Assembly: GCF_018350175.1 (NCBI RefSeq)
Contig: NC_058368.1
Coordinates: 69,442,001 to 69,506,000, forward strand
Reading direction: 5' to 3'
DNA length: 64,000 nucleotides
DNA from: Felis catus
Taxonomy: Eukaryota
The notes beneath the pieces are model-generated. The model was not told the DNA's origin. It did no database searches and was given only the letters and a program-made list of their open reading frames with translations. The position numbers were made by a program, and so were the translations under genes. The stretch's first letter is position 1, and each line of letters opens with the position of its first letter. Positions 1 through 12,200 of the stretch are shown here, piece after piece.

Positions 1-78
1 AGGAATGCAAAGGCTAGGATACAGCTAGCTTTAGAAATGGAACCAGGGGTGGTGAGGAGTAGAGAATCCAAGAACTCC

Positions 79-546
79 TGTTTTGGATTGAATTGTGTCC
101 CCCAAAAGATTCGTTGAATACCTGACTCCTGGGGTCTGTGAACATGGCTTTATATTGGAAATAGGGTCTCTGCAGATGTAATCAAGCTAAGCCGAGGACA
201 TACTAGAATGGGGGGGGGGGGACAACCTAATATGGCTGGTATCATTATAAGAAAAGGAGAAGGAGAGATGAACAGACACAGAGGGAAGAACGCCATGTGA
301 AGATGGGAGGTAGAGAGACTGGAGTGATGTCTTCAGAAACCAAGAATAGCAAGGATTGCCAATAAACACTGGGAGTGAAGAGAAAGGCATAGAACAGATT
401 CTCCCCAGATACGTCAGTGGGAGCATGGCCCTGATGACACTTGCTTTCCAGCTTCTAGCTTCCAGAACTTTGACACATACATTTTTATATTTTAAGCCAT
501 CCCAGTCAAAGACGTTCGGTTATGGCCGCTCTGGGAAAAGAATACA
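79..546 (+). mobile_element. MaLR solo LTR (MLT1B/C-like)
   Basis: Starts TGTTTTGGATTGAATTGTGTCCCCCAAAAG, contains GGAAATAGGGTCTCTGCAGATGTAATCAAG, ends GAATACA; TG...CA termini and MLT1-type motifs. Confidence 0.8.
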
Positions 547-1029
547 CGTTTCTGCCTCTTGCCTTTGTCTCCCTGGGAAAATCTCTGTCTGTCTTTCATA
601 CTGCCAACTAAATGTTTCTGTTTTCTAGTTCAAATGGTAGCAAAGAGTTGTCAACAACAGTTTCTAAGTTTACATGATACAGCAATCGAGATAGACTGCA
701 TAGTTTCTCTTCCCTCCTCCTCCAAATTCTCAGGGAAAGGACTTAGGGTCCTCTTGGGATTGAGTGCCCATCTCAGGCCCATCAAGTACTTCCTTGGGTG
801 AGTCAGGATTGCATCTGTGGAGGAGGCTGGGTCTATTGGTCAAATAATCCAACAGATGTCCACCAGACACATGAGTTCAATGGAGGAGAGGCGGGAGGCC
901 CCGTGCCACTCGGGTGTCCCTAGGAGACCAGTCTCTGAAGTGTGAAAACCCCAAGGAGGCACATATGACCGACCAGGTCAAGCACCACTCCCCAGCAGAA
1001 TTTTCTCTTTTGCCCCACCCCACCTCTGC

Positions 1030-1230
1030 TTTTTTTTTCTTTTTTAAAAAATATTTTATTTATTTTCGAGGGAGCACAAGCAAGGGAGGGGCAAAGAGAG
1101 GAGGAAAGAGGATCTGAAGTGGGCTCTGTGCTGACAGAAGAGAGCCTGATGTGGGGCTTGAACTCACGAGCCACGAGATCATGACCTGAGCTGAAGTCGG
1201 ACGCTCAACCGACTGAGCCACCCAGGTGCC
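1030..1230 (-). mobile_element. Can-SINE
   Basis: Reverse-complement tRNA head (GAGCCACCCAGGTGCC), T-rich tail, TSD TCTGCTTTTTTT. Confidence 0.92.
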
Positions 1231-1981
1231 TCATCTGCTTTTTTTTTTTTTTTTTCCAAGAGAAGGATGCTTTAGTTGTATGGTTTTATTTGATTCTCCC
1301 AAAAACCCATGTGAGAAAGCGATTTTCATCTCCACAAATGCGGAAACAAAGGCTATGAAAAATGAAGTTAGATGTTCAAGATTACATTGCTAGTATGTAA
1401 CTGAGCCAAGATAGCACATAAATATACAAGAAATTCTGGCAAATGATGGGAAGTTGGAGAGCATAAATTCTGTGGTCTACTAAAAAACTCTACAAGTTCT
1501 AGGAATGTTGATCCATAGCCTAGTCACAATACTTACTTTCATGTAGTATCGTTTTTATGAATACCTTAAAGTATTTCTCATATATTCCCATTTGAATTTC
1601 TATATTATCCTAAGATAATTCAATATGATACAAAAAATATTTTTAAAAAGGCAAAATAATATTCACATTCTGATCTTCCAGAACTACTGGTTTTAATAGA
1701 CATGGATCTCTTTCAAATATTTCCACTATTCTATCTTTTAAATATCAAAATTTCAAATTGCAGTACGTTAGAGAGTGTCTACTTTAGAGATGCCTGGCAT
1801 CTTACCACTTCTGTCAAGGCCTGGAACTTTCTGCCTATTTTTTCCAGGAAGGGTTATTAGGTTGAGGGCAGATTTTGGATTCCATTTTGTTTTGTTTTTC
1901 TACCATTTATTTTGTGATTCCATTTTGTTCCCATGTCATTCTCTTTGGCTGTTTTCTCAGATTTCTTAAAAACATATAGTT

Positions 1982-1983
<2 letters not shown>

Positions 1984-2021
<38 letters not shown>
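1984..2021. repeat. (GT)n microsatellite
   Basis: Perfect GT dinucleotide run. Confidence 0.97.
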
Positions 2022-2022
<1 letters not shown>

Positions 2023-2691
2023 ACAACTGTAGCTTTCAACACAAAGCAGGGTCTCCATTTTATGGACCCTCTTCTAAGTTTTAGTGTCTTGATCCCTCTA
2101 TGCTGTACACATTGGGCCCTAAATATTCTGCTTTAGCAAAAAAAAAAAAACAAACATCAGTTTAGGGACACAAAAGACAGAGGCTAATAGCTTCATTTAC
2201 CAACAAAGAGGTGATGAGATCAAGGGGCCAAGCAAAATGGCCAGTTAGTCACTAAAACTCACCCACCTGTCTTAAGTGTCCCCGTTGCCTGACTAGTGCT
2301 TCTGCGGTGACTTTGTCCATCCACCCAGCAGGGCTCTCCCCTGCAAAGGCAGAGCAAGGGAGTATGATCATGACCACAAAAGTCCCATGGCAGGATTTTG
2401 CTGCCATGGCATTAAGGAAAAGCCAGGAGGTGACATGTGCAGGTCATACCCTCTTCTAGGACTTATCAAGTCGTCTCAGCCCACTGGGTGTCTGCCAGCC
2501 CTTGAACAATATGCCCAAGGAGCTACAAGGCAAGTCCGCGGTCACTCAAGTGGACCCTGCAGTGTCCCTAGAAGACAGGGTCCCTTTACCAGGCAGGACT
2601 GGACACTGAGGGGTCTAGGGTGCCTCAGTCTCTGTCACAGATGGGGTGAGAAGTTATATGAACATAAAGACTAAAGGAAAACTCATTTCTT

Positions 2692-2940
2692 TCTTCTTCT
2701 TCTTCTTCTTCTTCTTCTTCTTCTTCTTTTTACATTTATTTATTTTTGAGTGACAGAGAGACAGAGCACAAGTGGTGGGGGAGGGGCAGAGAGAGAGGGA
2801 GACACAGAATCTGAAGCAGCCTCCGGGCTCCGAGCTGTCAGCACAGAGCCCAACACGGGACTCGAACCCACAAACCGTGAGATCATGACCTGAGCCAAAT
2901 TTGGATGCTTAACTAACTGGCTGAGCCACCCAGGCACCTC
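2692..2940 (-). mobile_element. Can-SINE with (CTT)n microsatellite in its tail
   Basis: TSD AAAACTCATTTCTT at 2678-2691 and 2941-2954. Confidence 0.93.
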
Positions 2941-2961
2941 AAAACTCATTTCTTGAAGCAG

Positions 2962-3759
2962 TATTATGGGCTGGGTTGTGTGTCCCTGAGATTTATCTGT
3001 TGAAGTCATAAACCCTGGCACCTCAGAATGCAACTATTCAGAGATGGAGTTTTTAAGTTGATATTTTTTAAGTTTGTTTATTTTCTGAGAGAGAGAGAGC
3101 ACACACGAGCAGGGGAAGAGCAGAGAGGGGGAGAGACAGAATCCCAAACAGGCTCTGACGCAGGGGTCAATCATGACCTGAGCCAAAACCAAGTCGGATG
3201 CCCAACCGACTGAGCGACCCAGGTGCCCCAAGAGATGGAGTTTTTAAAGTGGTATTAAGTTCAAATGAGGCCATTAGGGTGGGGCTTAATCAAATAACAC
3301 CAGTGTCCTCATAAGAAGAGATTTGGACACAGACATAGGCAAAGGTAAGATGATGTGAGGACAGGAAGAAAATGGCCATCTGTGGGGCACCTGAGTGGCT
3401 CGGTCGGTTGGGTGTCTGACTTCGGCTCAGGTCATGATCTTACAGCTTGTGGGATTGAGCCCAGCATAGGTCTCTGTGCTGACAGCTCAGAGCCTGGAAT
3501 CTGCTTCCAGTTCTGTGTCTCCCTCTTTCTCTGCTCCTCTGTCTCTTTCTCTCTCAAAAATGAAAATAAATATTAAAAAAGAAAAGAAAAGAAAAGAAAA
3601 CAGCCATGTGCAAACAAGGAGAGAAGCCTAAGAAGAAACCAAGTCTGCCAATGTCTTGAGTCTGAGAACCTCCAGCTTCCAGACTGTAAGAAAATTAATT
3701 TCTGTTGTTTGAGCCCCCAGTCTCTGGTACTTTATTATAGCAGCCTGAGCAAACTCACA
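2962..3759 (+). mobile_element. MLT1B-like LTR interrupted by two Can-SINEs (3057-3230 minus, 3383-3600 plus)
   Basis: MLT1 motifs resume after each SINE; TSD AGAGATGGAGTTTTTAA flanks the first; ends GCAGCCTGAGCAAACTCACA. Confidence 0.8.
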
Positions 3760-4061
3760 CGGAAAGGTGGCCCTCACATTTGAGGACGTTTAAAGTAGCA
3801 TCAAATTGGGAATAAACAAACATTGCTGCGCGGGGTTGACAAAAATGGCTGTCACCGTGTCCATTTTTCCTCCCATATGGCATAGATGCTACTTCCTGTA
3901 GATGACTTAGTAGCATGAAAATCAGGGAAATGCGTTCCTCATTTTCCTGTGAGCCAGGGGAGGCCCAAGCCTCAGTCCTTGGATGTCTAGCTTCACTCAC
4001 TTTCTCAGTGAGCCCATCGGGTCCTTGGCTTTACACGTCATCTAGATGATTTTAACTTCTA

Positions 4062-4456
4062 AGTCAGCTCAGGCTGCCATAACAAAATACCACAGACTGG
4101 ATGATGTTCATCAGCAGACATTTGTTTCTCACCATTCTGGAGGCTAGAAGCGCAAGGTCAACGTGCTGACCAATTCATTTCCTGTGGAGAGCTCTCTGCC
4201 TCGCTTGTAGATGGCCTCCTTCCTGCTGTGTCCTCACATGGCATATCCTAGGTTCCTGTGTATGGAGAGAGGGAGATCTCTCTCTCTTCCTTTTCTTATG
4301 AGGGCATTAATCCTATCATGGCGGCCCATCCTCATGACCTCATCTAACCCTAGTCACCTACCTAATCTGGAGCCCCATCTCCAAATATGGTTATATTGGG
4401 GACTGGAGCTTCAAAATGTGACCTTGGAGGCGACAGAAACATTCAGTCCATAACAA
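4062..4456 (-). mobile_element. MLT1A-like LTR
   Basis: AGTCAGCTCAGGCTGCCATAACAAAATACCACAGACTGG ... ATTCAGTCCATAACA. Confidence 0.8.
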
Positions 4457-4459
4457 CTT

Positions 4460-5370
4460 CTAAGTTTTTAACTCTAGACAGGACCTCTCCCCTGAAACTG
4501 TATGCCCAGCTGCTTGTTGGCATCTCTTCTTAGATACTTAACGGACAACCCACACTCAGCATGCTCAGCATGGAACCCATCCGTCCCCCAAACCTCCTTC
4601 CCTATTGTGGTCTGTCAGTGAGTCCTGTTGGCATTGCCAGACTCTGACCGCTTCCCACCACCTCCATCATTACCCCTTGGTCTATATCACCACTGTCTCC
4701 TGCCTATACTACTGCTTCCAGCCCTTAATCAACTCTTGATTCAACAACCAGAGAGATCCTTTACAATGAGTTGGGTGGTGTCCCTCCTCTGCTTAAACTC
4801 TCCAACCACTGCCCATCTCACCCTGAGTCAAAGCCAAAGTCCCGTCGTTGCCTCTTGTCCTGCTTCCTTCACCTCTGTGTCCCCAAGCCTGTGAGTCCAT
4901 GGCTCCTTCTGCCCCAGCCACACTAACTTCCTTGCTGTTTTTCAGATACACCAGGCACTTTCGGTGGCTCTTCCCTCTGCCTAGACTGCTCCCCTCCCCC
5001 AACTCGATATCCATATGGATACTTCTTGTATTACTTATAGATGGATATCTATCATATTTCTCCTTCACTGTCTTCTGGTCTTTTCTGGAACTTCCCCTTG
5101 TCATAAGGCCTTCCTGGCCACTCTATCCAAATTCTCAAGCCCTGAGTGGACTCACTTCCTGTGTTCCATATTACTGTTTATTCTCCTTAGAACTATTTAT
5201 CATCTCAATTACTACAGATTTTGTATATATACTATGCATATTCTGTCTTTCCCAGTACCAGAACATGAACTTCTTGAGGTGAAGGATTTTTATGTTTTAT
5301 TCTCTATTTCCAGTGTTTAAAACAATAGCTAACACATAGTAGGTGCTAAATGTTCAGGGAATGACTAAGT
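4460..5370 (+). mobile_element. L2 LINE 3' fragment
   Basis: Pyrimidine-rich L2-like body ending in the L2 terminal motif CACATAGTAGGTGCTAAAT. Confidence 0.65.
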
Positions 5371-5424
5371 CCTAACTTTCTGTCTCTTGTTCTCTGTGGA
5401 TGGAAAGTTGAGGAGATGATGGGT

Positions 5425-5770
5425 GTGGTAAGTACAAAAATGACCCTCCGCCCCCACAAAGATGTCCTTGTCCTGATCTCTAGGACCCGTGATTATGTTG
5501 TGTCACTTGGTAAAAGAGACTTCACGGGTGTGATTAATTTAAGGGTCTTGAGATCAAGAGATTATCCTGGGTTATCCAGGTAGGCCAATGTAATCACAAG
5601 AGTCCTTATCAAAGGGAGCAGGAGAGTCACAGTGAGAGAAGGACGTGTGACCAAGGAAGTGTGATGTTGGGGTCAGGTGCCGAGGAATGCAGGTATCTCC
5701 TTCAGGCTATAAAAGGTAGGAAACAGATTCTCCCCTAGAGCCTTCAGAGAACATGAGCCTTGCTGACACC
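5425..5770 (+). mobile_element. MLT1D-like LTR (partial)
   Basis: GATGTCCTTGTCCTGATC, GAGATTATCCTGGGTTATCCAGG, AACAGATTCTCCCCTAGAGCCT motifs. Confidence 0.7.
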
Positions 5771-5789
5771 TCCCCCTAGCCACCCCTCC

Positions 5790-6462
5790 AGATTTTACTG
5801 AGATATACATGATGAATAAAAAGTATACGTATTTAGAGTGTACAACATGATGATCCAGTACATGTATATATTGTGAGACAGTTACCAGAATCAGGTTGAC
5901 GAACACATCCATCACCTCTTATAGTTACTTTCTCCTGTGTGCGGTGAGAATTTGTCTTAGCAAATTTCAAGTTTACAGTCCAGTATTGTTAACTGTAGTC
6001 ACCATGCTGGACATTAGGTCCTCACATTTATTCATCTTATAAGTGACAGTTTCTATCCTCTACCCAGAAGTGGGGTCGCTGGATCATATGGTAGTTCTAT
6101 TTTTAATTCCTTGAGGAACAGAACACCGTCTGTTTTTCCTAGTGGCTGTGCTGGTTTACATTTCCACCAACAGTGTAGAAGGGTTCCCTTTTCTCCACAT
6201 CCCAATGCTTGTTAACTCTTGTTTTTTTGATAATAGCTACTCTAACAGGTAGGAGGTGATATCTCAGTGTGGTTTTGATGTGCATTTCCCTGATTAGTGA
6301 TGTTGAGCACCTGTTCATATGCCTGTTGGCCATTTGTATGTCTTCTTTGGAAGAATCTCTATTCAAGTCCTCTGACCAATTCTTAATCAGGTTATTTGTT
6401 TTTTGGTTACCCAGTTGTATGAATTCCTTATATTTTTTGGATATTAACCCTTTCCTGGATAT
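5790..6462 (-). mobile_element. Old L1 (L1MA/MB-like) 3' fragment
   Basis: Minus-strand translation [43 protein letters not shown] matches the L1 ORF2 C-terminus. Confidence 0.88.
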
Positions 6463-6917
6463 ATCAGGGCTCCTGATACATGGTCCCACATGCAAGTCCC
6501 CTGATCCCCCTCATGGGCCACTTTTGCTCCCTAAAATCTCTGATTTGACCCCCTCCTCACATACACATGGCCCTCTACCCAGGTCCTGCCAACCCTCTCA
6601 ATGAAAATGATAACATTCCAGTCCCCTCCAACCTTCCTTGTCTCTTACACATTTTGAAGTCTCAGACATCAATCCGTGGCTTTTCCGTTTGGCCTAATTA
6701 CAGAGACCCCAAAGTCCAAGTAGTGAGTTTGGGTCTAGTGTATTCTGGCCTTTCCCGTGAAGGACAAGGGTGAGCTTGCTCCTGAGAATGGGGCATTGGG
6801 GGAAAGTTTGAAAATGGGGGTGCAACCTTTAGCTACTCATCCTCTAGTCAGCTAACACCCACCCTTCCCCCCCCCACCCCTGCAGGAATCATTTTCCTTG
6901 AAAATTCTCCTCTCCAT

Positions 6918-6943
6918 CCCCCCCCCCCCCCCCCCCCCCCCCC
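6918..6943. repeat. poly(C)26 tract
   Basis: Homopolymer seen directly. Confidence 0.95.
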
Positions 6944-8559
6944 AAGCCTGCCTGGTTCACTAGAGAGATTCACGTTCCTTGAATTAACATCATTTTAATG
7001 CCAGATCTGCTGAAAATACTCTGGCTTTATTTTGCTAAGAGAGCATCTGTCTCTCCTCTCCCCAACACACTCTTCTGGGTTACATTATAGAACTTTTTGG
7101 GTAAACTGACAATAAATTGTGCCAGTCCCAAATCAACCCTTTGCAATTCCTGTGATTTAGGGCAATAGAGAAGACTCAGTTTGCCCATCACGAAAACGCT
7201 GTAAAATAGAATTCACGTAAAAGGACCGAGCAAAGTCACCTAAGTAATGATACACGAATTCTATCATTCTAATATTCATCCACCGATGGAGTTTGGATCC
7301 AATTTTTTTCAGGGTTTCAGTAATACAAGAGGAAGACAAATAATAAAAGGAGCTTAGTTGTACCTTATACTAGCTATACCCCCACAAGACACACAAAAAT
7401 TCGAGATAGGTTACCTTTTAGTTTTAGGAGAGATGGCTCTCTAAGGACAAAGGAATTGATGTCCCATCAAGTTAGAAGGCACTTGAAAAAATATTAAGTA
7501 GGAAACAACATATATTTTTATATTAGAAAACACCAGAAACGTTTCAATGGGACAGCAAGGAGGGGTCTGCTAAACCGGAGACTTTCTTAGAGACACTTGC
7601 GAGTAAGAGCTGAGATAACTCAAGTATAATTAACGTCAAAAATATTTGAGCAAAGAGGATTGAAAAGAGCCATTTGTGGCATGAAACCTGCTGGAGCCAT
7701 CTCTTCCACTGCGGGCCCAGCCGCCACCTGTTTGTGACACCGTCCCTTCCCTCCCTCCCAGAAGGCCCCCTTCGCCTTCTCCGTCTGGGTACACTTCCTG
7801 CCGGGTCCCCAGGGCCATCCTTGTGGTGCTTACCTCGCAGCAAGTATAGCGCTTGCTGCTAACCACGGGGTCTCCCTGGCTGCGCCAAGGGCTTTTCCTG
7901 GGCGGGGTCCTGCTCGCACACATCCTGACACGCATCTGTCACGACTGCGGAATAAATAAATCGATGGCGGAATTTTGTTTGAGATATTCAGATTTTCAAA
8001 TGCTGAGACCCCAACTGTGGTCAATGTTCTGTGGCAGCAGGAGAGAGCTAGTGCCCCCGAAGGAAATGAGAAAAGAGAAGGGATTTCCCCCAAGCTAAAA
8101 AGGAAAGAGGAGTCTGTGGTCCCACAGGCAGTGGGAGGCCTGCCTCACCTGTGGCCCCTAGCTTTGCCAACAGCCCCTGCCCCTCAGCAGGACGTAGAAG
8201 TAGCAGAACTGTAGCCCGGGACAAGAAGGTGGTTTCCAGAGGGTCCCCTCACACCTTGATGTGACCTGAGCTCCTGGAACTCTACTATCCCCTAAGAGGT
8301 ATGGAGGCAGGAGGGTGTTAAGCACACGCACCCCCCTCACCCGGGCTGGGGTTGAGTTTCTTCCTGCCTGGTGGGGTGCAGTTTGGAATAGAAATTGACT
8401 TAGACGAAATTTTTTGCACGCCTGAATTTGGAAGCAAATACAGAGTTGTTTCTACCGTGGAAAAAAATCAAAGTCTGTTCATTCTACCATGGAAGAAATC
8501 AAAGTCATAAGTTAATTACAGCGTGGATCTGTCTTGATGACTGATTTGTGAGAACTGGA

Positions 8560-8806
8560 GAAAAATGTAAGAGTGATCAGCATCAAATTACGTCAGGATG
8601 GTCAATGAGATCATTTTGAGGCACTAGCTGGTGGAAAGCTGTTGTGATGACTAGATCACAAACACTGGAATCAGAGAATTTCTGAGAAAATGCAGGATCT
8701 TTCCTTGGAAATGCTTTAAAAGAAGAAATTGATATCCTCTGTCCTGCAAGACGCCTGCGGGATTGACTAGATGCCATTACAAAGCCCTTACTGGGTCTTC
8801 TGATTC
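8560..8806 (+). mobile_element. Ancient CR1/L3 LINE 3' remnant
   Basis: AAACACTGGAAT, GGATCTTTCCTTGGAAATGCTTTAA and GGGATTGACTAGATG occur in the order expected for a CR1 3' end. Confidence 0.5.
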
Positions 8807-9399
8807 ACACCAAAGGAAACCAAACTAAGTAAGAGGATTGACACACGCAAAGTTCTCCAGTCAGAAAGGGCTTTGGGGGAAACAGTAAAGTGTATATCAG
8901 AGATTTTGTACTTCTAGGTTTGCAGACAAAATGCTGAGAGCGTAACGGTTGCATATGATAGAAGCATCATTTCGAATTTTGGATAATTAGCTCTGTTTGG
9001 AGTAGCTTAAGGCCGAGAAAATGTGGAAAGTACGAAATGGTAGTTTAATTATGGCTAGTGATGGTATAATGGCGCCTCAATACTCAGAAAAAGAAATGCA
9101 GGAATATTGGTGGAAAGAGGTCTACAGCGGTAAGATCGTTTTGTTGAGGACAGAGGGCTTCTCCTTCTCTGTTTGTCCATCTGTCCACCCACCTCCCTGT
9201 TCCTCCCAGGAGAATCGCTAACTTAACGGGTTGTGTGGACAGTGAGCGAAACCATACGCTCTGCGAGGTTACTTTGCTTCTGTGCTGCTAGTGGGACCAC
9301 AACGGATGTGAGTGAACTGTCATAGGGGAGGAGTTACCGAGGATTTTAAACACAGGAAAAGGCTTTCTAGGTCACAAGAAGAAAGACCAGCAAACCAAA

Positions 9400-10070
9400 A
9401 TACACTGACATGTCATTTTTCATCCTATCAGGAGGGGAAAATAGTGAAATAGAGGGGGGCACCACACTCTGTGGTTGAGGTGGTGGGGAAGGAGGGACTC
9501 TCACATGTCGCTGGTCCAAGAGTAAATTGCAACAACCTTCTGGAGGGCAATCGCACAATGTCCGTCAAAATTAGAAAGGCACAGCCTTCTGACCCGGCAA
9601 TTCTGCTCTTAGGAATTTATCCAGTGGTCGTGTTCCTGCCTGTGCAACACGGCACACACGGGGTTATTCGTGGGAGCACTGCCTGTAATACAAGATAGGA
9701 AACGACTTAAATGCCCGTCGATAAATACATTTAAAAATAATTTCTGGGGCGCCTGGGGGACTCAGCCAGTTAAGCGTCTGACTTCGGCTCAGGTCACGAT
9801 CTCAGGGTTTGTGAGTTCAAGTCTGCATCCGGCGAGCATGAGCCCTGCTTTGGGCGAAAAAAAAAAACCATGAGCCTCACTTCGGGTGAGCCCCACTTGT
9901 CTCTCTCTCTGTCTCTCTCTGTCTCTTGCTTACTTGTGCTCTCTCTCCCTCTTTCTTAAAAAGAAAAAAATAATTTCCAGTGCATTCACATAATGGAATA
10001 CCAGATGTAAAAATATGAGGAAGATCTTTAAGTATTGAGATAAATTTATTTCCAAGATTTTCCCAGAAAA
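9400..10070 (+). mobile_element. Old L1ME/MC-like fragment containing a SINE
   Basis: Degenerate ORF2 end (SDPAILLLGIYP) followed by L1-like 3' sequence. Confidence 0.7.
9746..9965 (+). mobile_element. Atypical Can-SINE with internal repeats
   Basis: Normal head GGGGCGCCTGG, (CT)n and A tail; TSD AAAAATAATTTC at 9733-9744 and 9966-9977. Confidence 0.88.
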
Positions 10071-10097
10071 AAATAGCATAAAGTTTGACATTTTCTT

Positions 10098-10537
10098 TTT
10101 GTTTAATGTTTATTTATTTTATTTATTTATTTAAAAAAATTTTTTTAACACTTAACATTTGAGAGAGAGCATGAGCAGGGGAGGGGGAGAGAGAGAGGGA
10201 GACACTGAATCCGAAGCAGGCTCCAGGCTGTGAGCTGTCAGCACAGAGCCTGACGTGGGGCTCGAACTCACGAACTGCGAGACCATGACCTGAGCTGAAG
10301 TCGGACACTCAACCAACTGAGCCACCCAGGCGCCCCCATGTTTATTTATTTTAGAGAGAGAGAGAGTGAGAGAGTGAGCAGGGGAGGGGCAGAGAGAGAG
10401 GGAAACAGAGAATCCCAAGCAGGCTCTGCACTGACAGCAGAGAGCCCAATGAGGGGCTCAAACTCATGAACCCGTAAGATCATGACCTGAGCTGAAGTTG
10501 GACGGACACTCAACCAAATGAGCCACCCAGGTGCCCC
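10098..10537 (-). mobile_element. Can-SINE nested in the tail of another Can-SINE
   Basis: Two heads; inner TSD ATGTTTATTTATTTTA at 10106-10121 and 10338-10353. Confidence 0.9.
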
Positions 10538-10729
10538 AAGTTCTATATTTTCTATTTTTTTTTTTTTTTTTTTTTTGAAGGAGGGAAAAAGAACATGTAT
10601 CTGGATTGGTTTGAATTCCCTAGAAAGATAAAGAAGAAACCATTGGCAGTGGTGCCTCCTTGGGGTTGGGAGATGGGATGAGAATTGAGCCGTGGGGGTC
10701 AGGGTAAGAGGAAGCTTGTCATGAAATGC

Positions 10730-10731
10730 CT

Positions 10732-10780
<49 letters not shown>

Positions 10781-10979
10781 TGTGTTTTTAGAGAGAGAGT
10801 GAGAGAGCACAAGTCGGGTAGAGAAAGGGAGAGAGAGAGAGAGAAAGAGAGGGAATCTCAAGCAGGCTCCACACTCAGCACAGAACCCATCAAGGGGCTC
10901 AATCCCACAACCCTGGGATCATGACCTGAGCTTAAATCAAGAGTCGGCCATTCAACTGGCTGATCCACCCGGGCGCCCC
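10730..10979 (-). mobile_element. Can-SINE with (TTTA)n tail
   Basis: Head, (GA)n and tail recognisable. Confidence 0.9.
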
Positions 10980-11202
10980 TCGAAATCCCTTTTTTAAATA
11001 GAGTTTGACTTGGAATCATGTAATGTGTTCTCTTTTGAAAAATTGAAAGAGGATGATGACATCACACCTGGTCACCCTTGCTGAGGGTTCTTGTATCTGG
11101 GGGCCACCTAGGGAGGGGTGAGAGTCCACCATTTGCATTTGGATTCTGAGCTAAGCCTCTTCTCCAACCTGGCTCTCCCAGAGCTCGCTGTAGGTCCCAG
11201 TT

Positions 11203-11379
11203 TAGTGGATTGCTACCTGAGTATGCATTAGAATCCCCTGGGGAGCTTAAAAAAATTCGGCTCGCATACTGCACCCCAGAGCAATTACATCAGGATCTCT
11301 GGGAGGGATAAGAAGTGTCAGTGATTTTTTAAAAAGCCCCCAGGTGATTCCAATACGCACCCAAGTTTGAGAACCGGTG
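11203..11379. mobile_element. MER5-family hAT-Charlie MITE
   Basis: GCATTAGAATCCCCTGGGGAGCTT ... CCCCAGGTGATTCC ... AAGTTTGAGAACC. Confidence 0.75.
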
Positions 11380-11693
11380 GCCTATATAAACAACAACTTC
11401 CTTGTTTCACACATACTCATTCCCTGGGTCACTCTGTCCCTTGAGACTTCACAGGGACCTGGGGTGACCAGCAGGGAGGGTTCAGGCATTTCTAACTCCC
11501 TTGCCTGAGACATCTGTCACTAGGAATTGTTGAAAACAAACAAAAAACAGACCCCAAAGCCATCTGCTTTGGAATATCAGAGTCCTCCAGTTGGAATTAG
11601 CTTGACAAATCAAAGATGAATACCAAGTTCAAATGTTCCATGAATTTAGAAATTCCTTTCTAAGAAATTTATATTAAAAAAATACGTATTAGA

Positions 11694-11727
11694 GTGGTGC
11701 CTGGGTGGCTCAGTTGGTTAAGTGTCC

Positions 11728-11764
<37 letters not shown>

Positions 11765-11969
11765 CAATGTTTATTTATTGTTGGGACAGAGAGAGACAGA
11801 GCATGAACGGGGGAGGGGCAGAGAGAGAGGGAGACACAGAATCGGAAACAGGCTCCAGGCTCTGAGCCATCAGCCCAGAGCCCGACGCGGGGCTCGAACT
11901 CACAGACCGCAAGATCGTGACCTGGCTGAAGTCGGACGCTTAACCGACTGCGCCACCCAGGCGCCCCTT

Positions 11970-12014
<45 letters not shown>

Positions 12015-12200
12015 TGTCCAACTTTTGATTTTGGCTCAGGTCATGATCTCACGGTTTGTGAGATCGAGCCCTGCGTTGGGCTCTGCACTGACAGCGTGGA
12101 GCCTGCTTGGGATTCCCTCTCTCCCTCTCTCCCTGCCCCTCCCCCACTTGCTTGCACACTCTCTCTCAAAAAAAAAAAAAAAGAATTAAAACTCATTTAA
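11694..12200. mobile_element. Plus-strand Can-SINE split by a young minus-strand Can-SINE (11731-12011)
   Basis: TSD TAAGTGTCCAACTTTT on both sides of the inner element. Confidence 0.93.

Noticed and set aside
4793..5320. Overlapping hydrophobic ORFs of 100-144 aa
   Set aside because: Lie within an L2 remnant; hydrophobicity reflects pyrimidine-rich composition
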